A DNA stretch of 41,339 nt. Origin: an uncultured bacterium (GTDB taxonomy: Bacteria; Patescibacteriota; Minisyncoccia; Phycocordibacterales; UBA2100). Positions 1-7,557 of the stretch are shown here, in pieces; positions within the stretch are counted from its first letter, which is position 1, and each line of letters begins with the position of its first letter. Position numbers and translations under genes: made by a program. The stretch lies in the NCBI GenBank assembly GCA_903858755.1, contig CAIOKC010000019.1, forward strand, positions 1 through 41,339. Reading direction: 5' to 3'. The notes beneath the pieces were generated by a model. The model did no database searches. It worked only from the letters and a program-made list of their open reading frames with translations, and was not told where the DNA came from.

Positions 1-24
1 CGCGTAAATCGACCGGCGAGGTCC

Positions 25-53
25 GACAAGCGCCCCCGTGGGGGGCGCTTGTC
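25..53. terminator. GC-rich hairpin downstream of membrane-protein gene
   Basis: Perfect 13-bp stem GACAAGCGCCCCC / GGGGGCGCTTGTC with GTG loop, 20 nt beyond the stop codon (74-76) of the minus-strand gene. The T-rich tail (TTATGTG) is on the + strand only, so orientation is uncertain. Confidence 0.45.
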
Positions 54-73
54 TTATGTGCGGCGCACCAGAT

Positions 74-793
74 TCATGCGCCGAAGTAGCCCGGCGGTGG
101 CCACGTATGCAGCAGCATCGCGAGGAGAATATAGAATACGAGATGGATCGCGTACGCGTATACAAACCCTTCCCGCACGCGCACGATCAGGTACGGAAAC
201 ACGAGCGTCGACAGGAGCGCTCCCACGGTCATGATGAGCGCATACGGAGGCGGAGCGTCGCTCAAGGCGTAGAGCAGCACATGGGCTCCGCCGAAGCAGA
301 CGCCATAGCCGATGAGCACTTTTTTGAACGAACCGAGCCGGAAGTGGAGCGCCAAGATCAAAGCCGCTGTCAGAATCTGCTGCACCAAGATATCGACAGA
401 CTTCGGAAGAAAATACCACGGCGTCGAAAGGAGGAGATCCGAGTACGGCGCCATCTGCGGTCCTTGCAATACCGGCAAAAGAGAAAGCGCGTAGAGCAAT
501 CCCCACACCACCGCAGAACATGCAAGACTCACTCCCCCATACCACCAGAGGCGGGAGCCTCCGTCGGACCATGCGCGGAACAGATCTAGAAAGAAAAGAA
601 AGCTGATCACCGCCCAGACAAGAAAGTAGCAAGCGATGGCGACGGGAGCGGCATTGTAGCTCAGGTGGTACCCGAATGCGGGAAGCGCGACGTAGTAGCC
701 CATCGTGGCAAGCATCCACAGACCGGCGATGCGCAGGAGGACGCGGTAGAGAGGGGCGTGCAAATTGTCGTGCCAACTGACGAAACGATCCAT
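74..793 (-). CDS. polytopic integral membrane protein, function unknown
   Basis: ORF 74..1015 trimmed to ATG 793 (MDRFVSWHD...). The longer version overlaps divergent gene 869, and a TATTAT box lies 6 nt upstream of this ATG. About 7 hydrophobic helices; no catalytic motif recognised. Confidence 0.6.
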   Translation of the reverse strand: MDRFVSWHDNLHAPLYRVLLRIAGLWMLATMGYYVALPAFGYHLSYNAAPVAIACYFLVWAVISFLFFLDLFRAWSDGGSRLWWYGGVSLACSAVVWGLLYALSLLPVLQGPQMAPYSDLLLSTPWYFLPKSVDILVQQILTAALILALHFRLGSFKKVLIGYGVCFGGAHVLLYALSDAPPPYALIMTVGALLSTLVFPYLIVRVREGFVYAYAIHLVFYILLAMLLHTWPPPGYFGA

Positions 794-799
794 CCCGCA

Positions 800-807
800 A
801 TAATACA
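800..807 (-). promoter_or_regulatory. leaderless-type -10 box (TG-TATTAT) for gene starting 793
   Basis: Minus strand reads GTG TATTAT TGCGGG ATG: hexamer, 6-nt spacer, start codon, no SD. Confidence 0.5.
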
Positions 808-853
808 CTTCTCCCCTCACTGCGCGCCAAGCCAAAGAACCCGGCGACCCAGA

Positions 854-862
854 TGGTAGTAT
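854..862 (+). promoter_or_regulatory. extended -10 box TGgTAGTAT, leaderless-type, for gene 869
   Basis: TGGTAGTAT then GTATCC (6 nt) then ATG 869; no SD. Confidence 0.55.
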
Positions 863-868
863 GTATCC

Positions 869-2320
869 ATGAGCACAAGTGGCGCATACGCGCGATTGAT
901 CGCTTTTGCCGTCATCATTCTCGCGATCGTCTTTGCGCAAGGCGCCGATTGTCCGTCTCAGCGACAAGGCGCCGCGTTTTCGCAGACGGCGAGCGTCGGT
1001 GGAGTCTTCGCACAAGCGGGCTCCGACGATCCCTACGCCGCCGACTATATCGCCTACGACGACGAGTGGTGTCCGCCGTTTGCCGAAGGAGACGTGGGCG
1101 GAGGCGAGGTATTCTACGAAGGCTACGCAGGCTCCGACGAACCCACGTACGAGGAATACACATGGTACGACGAATACGTCATGCCGTCCTATATCTCCTC
1201 CGTCTCATACACGCCCGCGCAAGGCACGTATACAAGCATCGTCCCGATCGGCACCGGAGTCGGCGCGCAGACCGCACCGACCATCGTCATGCCGTCTGTA
1301 TCTGCGGGATCTCCGCAGATACGCTTCGATGTCGTCCCGCTCGGCGTGCCTGTCGGGGGAGCGCAGCAGACCTACAAAGCTCAGCCCGAGCGCACGCACA
1401 CGGTCGCTCCCGTATTGATCGTCCCAGCTCCGGTGAGTACCCCGCTGCCCTCCTGCTCTCTCTACGCGACTCCCTCGACCGTCGGCAGCGGCAACGTCGT
1501 TTTCCGATGGGGCTCATCGAATGCGGTGCTCGCCGTACTCTCGGACGTCGGTGCCGTCCCGCTACAGAGTTCGTACTATCCGATTTATCTCCCGTATGGA
1601 TCGCGCTCCTACACACTCACGGTGCAGGATTCGCTCGGCAGAAGCGCACACTGTTCCACGTACGTGCAGGTAGTGAGCGCGCCCTCCATTGTGTATCAAA
1701 ATCCGTGGTGTTCTATCGTGGTCGAGCCGGCAAGCGCATACGAAGGAGACGGCGTTGTGCTTTCCTGGGCTTCGACGCACGCGACCGGCGCTTCTCTTGC
1801 GGAGTTTGGCTCCGTCGGCACTGTCGGCACATACTCGCTCTCCGCAGGAAGCAGTAGAGCATACACCATGACCGTCTATGGTCCCGGCGGCAGCAGCTCG
1901 TGCGACGCGTACCTCTCGGTATCGAAAAGACCGACGCCTGCTCCGAGCACTCCGAAAGCGCCGACGTGTTCCCTGACCGCCGATTCCGCGACCATATTCA
2001 CGGGCGCATCGACGACACTGCGATGGAGTACCTCGCGAGCAGAAAGCGCGACGCTTTCAGGACTCGGCACGGTCAAGACGACTGGTTCGATCATGGTCTC
2101 CCCAAGCGCATCTCAAAAGTACACACTGACCGTGAAGGGATCGGGCGGCTCGAGCGAGTGCGGCGTCACCGTCTCCGTCAAGCCCGCTTCTTCGTGCACG
2201 GTCACCTGCGGCGGCATTACCTACGAATGCGCGCCCGTCGGGACGCCGGTCGGCGTACAATGCCCCGCGGAATCTTCGAGCGGAGGGCTGTGGAGCTGGT
2301 TCAAAGGGCTCTTCCGCTAG
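869..2320 (+). CDS. secreted/anchored protein with three Cys-bracketed Ig-like repeats and Cys-rich tail
   Basis: N-terminal hydrophobic signal/anchor (YARLIAFAVIILAIVFAQG), an acidic Y/D/E-rich segment, then three ~75-aa repeats. GC3-rich codon usage in this frame. Confidence 0.75.
   Translation: MSTSGAYARLIAFAVIILAIVFAQGADCPSQRQGAAFSQTASVGGVFAQAGSDDPYAADYIAYDDEWCPPFAEGDVGGGEVFYEGYAGSDEPTYEEYTWYDEYVMPSYISSVSYTPAQGTYTSIVPIGTGVGAQTAPTIVMPSVSAGSPQIRFDVVPLGVPVGGAQQTYKAQPERTHTVAPVLIVPAPVSTPLPSCSLYATPSTVGSGNVVFRWGSSNAVLAVLSDVGAVPLQSSYYPIYLPYGSRSYTLTVQDSLGRSAHCSTYVQVVSAPSIVYQNPWCSIVVEPASAYEGDGVVLSWASTHATGASLAEFGSVGTVGTYSLSAGSSRAYTMTVYGPGGSSSCDAYLSVSKRPTPAPSTPKAPTCSLTADSATIFTGASTTLRWSTSRAESATLSGLGTVKTTGSIMVSPSASQKYTLTVKGSGGSSECGVTVSVKPASSCTVTCGGITYECAPVGTPVGVQCPAESSSGGLWSWFKGLFR
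1451..2179 (+). repeat. three tandem protein-level repeats (aa 195-269, 280-352, 366-437)
   Basis: Each repeat starts C-S-(L/I) and contains (R/S)W.S....A.L and YT(L/M)TV.G.GGS..C..(Y/V).(S/V)V. Examples: CSLYATPSTV...YTLTVQDSLGRSAHCSTYVQV; CSIVVEPASA...YTMTVYGPGGSSSCDAYLSV; CSLTADSATI...YTLTVKGSGGSSECGVTVSV. Confidence 0.75.
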
Positions 2321-3309
2321 CTGCCAAACACATCCCGACCCGCATCCCAGAATTCGGGATGAGCGTGTTTCGTTTTCATGTAGTACCACCACTCAACCCC
2401 CCACAGATAGTGCGCACCAAAACGCGTCGCGCGACCATACTCGACGATCTCCCAGAATTTCTTGATATCCATACGCGAAAGCTGCTCGTTGAGCGACACA
2501 TCGCCGATCGAAGCGGCGAGCCATGGCTCGAGAGAGAGCTCGCTCACGATAGCCGGTCGCGCGCCGAAGAAGAGCCGCATCGCATTGACCTTGATGCGGT
2601 AGTATGTGGCGGGAAGCACGGTACGGAATGCCCCGAATCTCTCATTCCAAAAGTAGAGGTACACGCTCGTGCCAAAGACATCGCCCGAGCGGTACGCACC
2701 CGCCCATGTCCCGAGATTTCCGCTATCGGTGATCAGTATCGGTCGCGTATCGAGGGATCGCACGAGCGCGATTTCTTCTCTGAGGAAATCCTCGTCGAGG
2801 GCGCCGCATTGGTCATCGGCAAATACGGAAAGGTACGGCTCGTTCTCGACTTGCCACAAAGCAAGAGCCGGCTCGTCTGCATATCGCCCGACGACGGCGC
2901 GGATGTACGCACGAATCTCATCTTTTTGATCTTCCCACGAAAGCTTCTCCGCCCACGAAGGTACGTGGCACTCCGGCCAGCGCGGCACGCGGCGACCGAT
3001 CGCGAGGATCACGTCCGCATCGCGCGCTTCTGCCTCGTGCATCTGGTAGTCGAGATCGCCCCACGAGTATACGCTGCGCTCCTCTTCCACGGCGTCCCAA
3101 TACACCGGGATGCGGATGCGCCTGACGCCGAGATCGTCGAGCATCGCTCCGTATACTTCTTTCCAATCCAAGCCGAGCTCTTCCGCGTAGCGCGCGCTAA
3201 AGGTCATGCCGTATTCGATTGATTGCGGCTCCGCTCGATATGAGAGCGCGAGCGCCGCGAGCGCGAGCGCGATCAAGGCACCTCCAACCCATTTCAATAT
3301 ACGAATCAT
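2317..3309 (-). CDS. membrane-anchored glycoside hydrolase, clan GH-A TIM barrel (GH5/GH42-like)
   Basis: Start taken at MIRILKWVGGALIALALAALAL (TM anchor), which gives an ATGA overlap with the stop of upstream gene 3306. Motifs: RIPVYWD, WQVENEPY (acid/base NEP motif), SELSLEPW. Confidence 0.7.
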   Translation of the reverse strand: MIRILKWVGGALIALALAALALSYRAEPQSIEYGMTFSARYAEELGLDWKEVYGAMLDDLGVRRIRIPVYWDAVEEERSVYSWGDLDYQMHEAEARDADVILAIGRRVPRWPECHVPSWAEKLSWEDQKDEIRAYIRAVVGRYADEPALALWQVENEPYLSVFADDQCGALDEDFLREEIALVRSLDTRPILITDSGNLGTWAGAYRSGDVFGTSVYLYFWNERFGAFRTVLPATYYRIKVNAMRLFFGARPAIVSELSLEPWLAASIGDVSLNEQLSRMDIKKFWEIVEYGRATRFGAHYLWGVEWWYYMKTKHAHPEFWDAGRDVFGS

Positions 3310-4217
3310 AGAAGGTCTGCGTGCGTGAGGTAGACGAGCGCGACGCCGAGCGCCACGAGCGCGACGCCGAGCCCCGTCTGCCATCCGCCATGACCGCGCG
3401 GCATGCCATTCTCCTCGAGTGCCGGCATGCGCTTTGCAAAAAGAAGCGCGAAGATGAAGAGGAAGACGAATTGGAGACCCGCGAGCGCATTCACGACCGA
3501 CACGCTCCCCAGTGAGATCGCGTACGCGGTGAGAATGCTCGCCCCGCCGCCGATCACCTTATTGCCGACGACAAGGGCTTTTCCTTTCGACGAAGCGTTT
3601 CTCCCTCCGTAGAATATCGCATTGCGCCACGAAGGGACGACGAGGAAAGAAAACGCGACGAAGACGCCCATGAAGCGCGTCCAGAAGAATCCATCGAGAA
3701 ACGGTACGCCAAAAAACACAAGCTTCGCGACGAACACGCTCAGACCGAAAAGAAATCCGGAGAGAAGCACTCGACCAAGCGCGCGGCGCGAGAAATGAAA
3801 GCGGGAAATAAGCGCGGTCCCCGCAGCAAGCAGCATGACGGGCGGAATGACAGACGGGCGGATGTCTCCTTCTATAAGAAACCCGGCGAGAAAGAGCGTT
3901 GTGATCGTCGATACTGCGCCCACGACCGGCGCAACGTCGGAAGCGCGCGCAATCCGAAGAGAGCTGTAGAGGAAAAAAAGGGCGCCGGCAAAGGCGACCG
4001 CATAGAGGACGGAGAGGCGAAGCGTATCTGCGCTCGGGAGAGAGACGAGTCCGAATGGCGCGATGACGACGACGAAGCCGGAGAGGATGCTGATGACGAA
4101 GGTGTACACGATCGGGCGTCCGATGTGCGCGACACGGACGACGATGTGCTTATCGACGAGGACGGTCATCGCAAAAAGAAATTGCGCGAAAACCGCAAGC
4201 GAGAGCCAGAGAGGCAT
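3306..4217 (-). CDS. DMT/EamA-like 10-TM transporter
   Basis: 303 aa made of two ~5-helix halves, typical of the drug/metabolite transporter fold. Translationally coupled (ATGA) to the downstream GH gene. Confidence 0.65.
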   Translation of the reverse strand: MPLWLSLAVFAQFLFAMTVLVDKHIVVRVAHIGRPIVYTFVISILSGFVVVIAPFGLVSLPSADTLRLSVLYAVAFAGALFFLYSSLRIARASDVAPVVGAVSTITTLFLAGFLIEGDIRPSVIPPVMLLAAGTALISRFHFSRRALGRVLLSGFLFGLSVFVAKLVFFGVPFLDGFFWTRFMGVFVAFSFLVVPSWRNAIFYGGRNASSKGKALVVGNKVIGGGASILTAYAISLGSVSVVNALAGLQFVFLFIFALLFAKRMPALEENGMPRGHGGWQTGLGVALVALGVALVYLTHADLL

Positions 4218-4221
4218 TCCT

Positions 4222-5448
4222 CTATTCTACCAGCGCATTTTTCTCGATGATCTCTTTATACACGTATGCCGAGGGGCGTATCTTTCTCTCGAGCGTATCG
4301 TAATCCACCGCCACCAAGCCGAAGCGCTTCTCGAAACCGTGCGCCCACTCGTAGTTGTCGAGAAGCGACCAATACATGTAGCCGCGCACATCGGCACCGC
4401 GCTCCATCGCGGAATACATACAGCGGACAAGTCGTTTGATGTAGTCTGCCCGGATTCTGTCCGAGGCGTCGGCGACTCCCGCCTCGCTCACCCAGAGCGG
4501 CAATCCGTACCGCCTGAGCATGAGGAGCGACTCGCAGAGCCCTTCGGGATAGACATCCCATCCCATGTCGGTCTTCTCGTATGCCCGCGTGTCTCCGAAT
4601 TTCTTGTGCAGGTAATAATTGACGCCGATCGCATCGCACTTCTTGAACACCCGCTTGAGGAAACTGTGCGTCCAATGCCAGTTCATGAGAGAGGCAAGGA
4701 GCTGATTGAAAGGATTCCAATTCGAATGAAAAAGGATGACTTGGTGGACAAGACCGACTTCGACTCCGAAACCCGCCGCCTTCATCGCGTCGTATGCGGC
4801 ATTGTGCGCACGGACGAGCTGAGATACCACCTTGAAGTACCGAGGCACATTGCGCACACTCGTTTCCTGCGCGCGGAAGCGGCGATGCCCCGGGATCGAC
4901 TGCAAAAAATCGAGCCCCGGCCATTTTCTAAAAGGCGGCCAGCTCCCCCGCCGCCAGCCATTCGAGGCGAAAACGAGCGGTTCGTTCATGGTCGCGAAGT
5001 GGCGGCAGTCGTTGCCAAGCTTTCGCGTCACATACGCGCAGTAGCGCGCGAATATCTCGGGGGCGTCGGGGTGCTCGAACCCCCCTTTGTCCGCAAACCA
5101 CTGCGGCAAGGTGAAGTGCCAAAGCGTGATGAACGGCTTCAGGCCGCGCGCGCGGAGTGCCGCGAGGACCGCGCGATAGTGCTCTATCTCTTTTTCGTCA
5201 AACCTTCCTTCTTCCGGCTCGATGCGCGCCCACTCGATCGAGAATCGATGGCAGTTGTGCCCGAGAGAAGCGGCGATATCAAAATCGGCTTCGTACCTGT
5301 GGTAGTGATCGCACGCTCTCCCAGCGCGCGGGACGAACCCCTCGCGTGCTGCGCGCGCCCAGTCGCAATTCTCGATTCCTCCCTCGACCTGGTACGCTGC
5401 GGTCGCAGCACCCCAAAGGAATCCTTCGGGGAATTTCTTCTCGGACAT
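4222..5448 (-). CDS. GH1 family beta-glucosidase
   Basis: FPEGFLWGAATAAYQVEGG N-terminal signature, TMNEP acid/base motif, VSEAG nucleophile motif. Start set at MSEKKFPEGF, with TATACT 6 nt upstream. Confidence 0.9.
   Translation of the reverse strand: MSEKKFPEGFLWGAATAAYQVEGGIENCDWARAAREGFVPRAGRACDHYHRYEADFDIAASLGHNCHRFSIEWARIEPEEGRFDEKEIEHYRAVLAALRARGLKPFITLWHFTLPQWFADKGGFEHPDAPEIFARYCAYVTRKLGNDCRHFATMNEPLVFASNGWRRGSWPPFRKWPGLDFLQSIPGHRRFRAQETSVRNVPRYFKVVSQLVRAHNAAYDAMKAAGFGVEVGLVHQVILFHSNWNPFNQLLASLMNWHWTHSFLKRVFKKCDAIGVNYYLHKKFGDTRAYEKTDMGWDVYPEGLCESLLMLRRYGLPLWVSEAGVADASDRIRADYIKRLVRCMYSAMERGADVRGYMYWSLLDNYEWAHGFEKRFGLVAVDYDTLERKIRPSAYVYKEIIEKNALVE
4224..4232 (-). promoter_or_regulatory. 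extended -10 box TGgTAGAAT, leaderless-type, for gene 4217
   Basis: Minus strand reads TGGTAGAAT AGAGGA ATG. The last T of the hexamer is the first base of the GH1 stop codon TAG (4222-4224). Confidence 0.5.
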
Positions 5449-5454
5449 TCGAAA

Positions 5455-5460
5455 AGTATA
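5455..5460 (-). promoter_or_regulatory. -10 box TATACT, leaderless-type, for GH1 gene
   Basis: Minus strand reads GGGTATACT TTTCGA ATG (6-nt spacer, no SD). Confidence 0.5.
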
Positions 5461-5510
5461 CCCCGTGCGGCGCGTCCTGATCCGCTGCGGCGCGTGTATA
5501 GCCACCATGA

Positions 5511-5537
5511 AGAAGCCGCCCCTTCGGGGCGGCTTCT
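5511..5537 (-). terminator. hairpin terminator after SWIB gene
   Basis: AGAAGCCGCCCC / GGGGCGGCTTCT 12-bp stem with a 3-5 nt loop, 20 nt past the SWIB stop. Weak T tail (TTCTTCAT) on the minus strand. Confidence 0.5.
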
Positions 5538-5557
5538 TACGAGACCATGGAAGATGG

Positions 5558-5815
5558 TTATTTCATGTGCGCCGAGACGAGCTTCGTCATCTCAAACATC
5601 GTAACCTCGCTCTTGCCGCCGAAAATGGGCTTGAGCTTGGCATCCGACATGATATTGCGCTTGTTCTGAGGATTCTGAAGACCGTTCTTCTTGATGTACT
5701 CCCAGAGCTTCTTCACGACCTGACCGCGCGCCATAGGACCCTTACCCACGACCGCCTCGAGATCCGCGGAGAGACCAAGCGGCTTCAACAATGCAGGATT
5801 GGCTTTTCTAACCAT
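5558..5815 (-). CDS. SWIB/MDM2 domain protein
   Basis: LKPLGLSADLEAVVGKGPMARGQVVKKLWEYIKKNGLQNPQNKRNIMSDAKLKPIFGGKSEVTMFEMTKLVSAHM matches the bacterial SWIB domain pattern. ATG 5815 preferred; GTG 5851 is an alternative start. Confidence 0.8.
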   Translation of the reverse strand: MVRKANPALLKPLGLSADLEAVVGKGPMARGQVVKKLWEYIKKNGLQNPQNKRNIMSDAKLKPIFGGKSEVTMFEMTKLVSAHMK

Positions 5816-5917
5816 AGATATGTGATTACTAGTATGGGGATAAGTATACACAGGTACCTGCGGAGCGCGACCCCTCCTGTGTATAGCCCCACAATGCAGT
5901 CAAAAGGGCAAAAGAGC

Positions 5918-5948
5918 GCACCCCGCCCTTGTATAAAGGGCGGGGTGC
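5918..5948 (-). terminator. rho-independent terminator after DUF378 gene
   Basis: GCACCCCGCCCTT / AAGGGCGGGGTGC 13-bp stem, GTATA loop, followed on the minus strand by GCTCTTTTGCCCTTTTG. Confidence 0.7.
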
Positions 5949-5969
5949 CTCACTACTTCAAACCGAGCA

Positions 5970-6203
5970 TTACATCATCCCTCCCGAACTGCACTCTCTG
6001 CAGGTCTTCTTGTGCGAGACAAGCATATAGACGGCAGAAAGACCGACGAGGACATAGACGAGCCACTCGACCGACGGCCACGAGCCGAGGATCATATTGA
6101 CCACGTTCCAATCCCCCCCGAGAAACCCTCCCAAGCCGACCAGACCCCAGTTCAACGCACCGACAACCACGAGAACCCAGCTAACCATGTGCACGCTTTT
6201 CAT
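5970..6203 (-). CDS. DUF378 family small membrane protein
   Basis: 77 aa with two TM helices and the characteristic GALNWGLVGLGGF motif. Confidence 0.8.
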   Translation of the reverse strand: MKSVHMVSWVLVVVGALNWGLVGLGGFLGGDWNVVNMILGSWPSVEWLVYVLVGLSAVYMLVSHKKTCRECSSGGMM

Positions 6204-6314
6204 GAAAATGGAGATAGTATTGGCTTATAAATCGACCATGCGGTACTGACCACGTAAGTATGGCGCGTCCACGAAAATGCGCGAATGGGTTATCCACCGC
6301 CTCCTAAAGAGCGG

Positions 6315-6776
6315 CTAGAGCGCGGGAACATCGCCGCCCTCGCGCTTCGCCTTCTCCGCCTCGTAGATACGCTCCCGGAGCGAGGTCGTGGAGAAGCTGT
6401 GCCCGCGCGAGTTGAAGTACATCTCTATCGGCAAGTCCTTGCCCGTATAGTCCTTCCCCTGCCAATCCGCCCCGATGATGCGGATATCGGGCTTGATCTC
6501 GACCAGAAGGTCGTAGAGCTCCTGCTCGCTGTTGTATATGCGGATCTCGTCGATGTATTTGATGCTCTCGAGAATGATCTTCCGCTCCTCGAGCGACATG
6601 ATCGGCTTATTCTTCTTCTTGCCGCGGTAATCCGAAGGCGTCGCCGACGGATCCTCCTGCAACCCGACGATGAGGTAGTCGCACACCGTCTTCGCCTCCT
6701 TGAAGACGAGCATGTGCCCTGCGTGGCACAGATCGAAGGCGCCGAAGGTTATTCCCACCTTTTTACCATCCTGCAT
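6315..6776 (-). CDS. cytidylyltransferase family protein (TagD-like glycerol-3-phosphate cytidylyltransferase)
   Basis: GITFGAFDLCHAGHMLVFKEAK (HxGH nucleotidyltransferase motif), IIGADWQGKDY, STTSLRERI. Start set at MQDGKKVG. Confidence 0.8.
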   Translation of the reverse strand: MQDGKKVGITFGAFDLCHAGHMLVFKEAKTVCDYLIVGLQEDPSATPSDYRGKKKNKPIMSLEERKIILESIKYIDEIRIYNSEQELYDLLVEIKPDIRIIGADWQGKDYTGKDLPIEMYFNSRGHSFSTTSLRERIYEAEKAKREGGDVPAL

Positions 6777-6785
6777 AGTGCCGCC

Positions 6786-6794
6786 AGCATAGCA
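6786..6794 (-). promoter_or_regulatory. extended -10 box TGcTATGCT for cytidylyltransferase gene
   Basis: Minus strand reads TGCTATGCT GGCGGCACT ATG (9-nt spacer). Confidence 0.4.
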
Positions 6795-6800
6795 TGGGAA

Positions 6801-6809
6801 TGCTAAAAT
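6801..6809 (+). promoter_or_regulatory. extended -10 box TGcTAAAAT, leaderless-type, for HAD gene
   Basis: TGCTAAAAT GCGCGGC ATG(6817). The ORF-track start 6808 lies inside the box itself, so 6817 is favoured. Confidence 0.5.
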
Positions 6810-6816
6810 GCGCGGC

Positions 6817-7551
6817 ATGAAAGCTACGCTGAAGCATATATGCTTCGATTTGGATAAGACTCTCACCGCGAGCCGCTCGCCTATGGAGCCAGCTCATCAA
6901 GAGACATTCGACCGCCTATGCGCGCAGAAAGATGTCGTCGTCGTGACTGGCGGCACGCTTGCTCAGATCAGAGAGCAAATCACGCCTCGATTCGACGGGC
7001 GGTATATCGCTCTCGCGCAAAGCGGCAACCAAGCGGTCGATGCAAATGGCGAAGAACTCTGGTACGAACCTTTGACCGATGAGCAGATCCGAGTCATAGA
7101 CGCATCTATAGAGACACTGAAAAAACACTTCGACCTGAGGGTGAGAGATGAGGGCGACCTCGTCGAGAATCGAGGGGCGCTTATCAGCTACAGCGTCATC
7201 GGCTTCCATGAAGCTATCGACAAAAAATACGCTTTCGATCCGGGCGATGCAAGGCGGTCTGCGGCTCTTGCCGCACTACCGGAAGAGGTGCGGAAACTGA
7301 GAGACGCTGGTATCGAGGTTGTCCCCGCCGGTACGACAACGTACAGTTTTTATGCGTACGGCAAGCACAAAGGGCACAATGTCGCGCGGCTGATCGAGAA
7401 GAAGGGCTGGAAAGAAGAAGAGTGCCTCTACATCGGCGATGCACTCTTCCCCGGCGGCAATGACGAGACGGTGATCGGCGTCATCCCGACGTATGCGGTC
7501 CAGAACCCTGAAGAAACATTTCGCTACATCGAAGAAAATCTGGTATCCTAG
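6817..7551 (+). CDS. HAD-IIB hydrolase, phosphomannomutase-like (paralogue 1)
   Basis: ICFDLDKTL (DxD motif I), VVVTGG, GKHKG, YIGDALFPGGNDETV (motif IV). Alternative in-frame start at 6808. Confidence 0.8.
   Translation: MKATLKHICFDLDKTLTASRSPMEPAHQETFDRLCAQKDVVVVTGGTLAQIREQITPRFDGRYIALAQSGNQAVDANGEELWYEPLTDEQIRVIDASIETLKKHFDLRVRDEGDLVENRGALISYSVIGFHEAIDKKYAFDPGDARRSAALAALPEEVRKLRDAGIEVVPAGTTTYSFYAYGKHKGHNVARLIEKKGWKEEECLYIGDALFPGGNDETVIGVIPTYAVQNPEETFRYIEENLVS
7541..7549 (+). promoter_or_regulatory. extended -10 box TGgTATCCT ahead of ABC ATPase gene
   Basis: TGGTATCCT plus 8 nt plus ATG 7558; embedded in the last codons and stop of the HAD gene. Confidence 0.4.
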
Positions 7552-7557
7552 CCACTC

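Noticed and set aside
853-1857. Long Arg-rich ORFs overlapping real genes in other frames or on the other strand (for example 853-1857, 54-887, 1900-3222, 4063-5604, 7276-8244, 9549-10679, 13494-14441, 15488-16615, 20738-21763, 30376-31671, 36216-37331)
   Set aside because: These are typical shadow ORFs of GC-rich DNA. Their translations are low-complexity R/A/P/G-rich with no motifs, and each overlaps a gene with clear family signatures.
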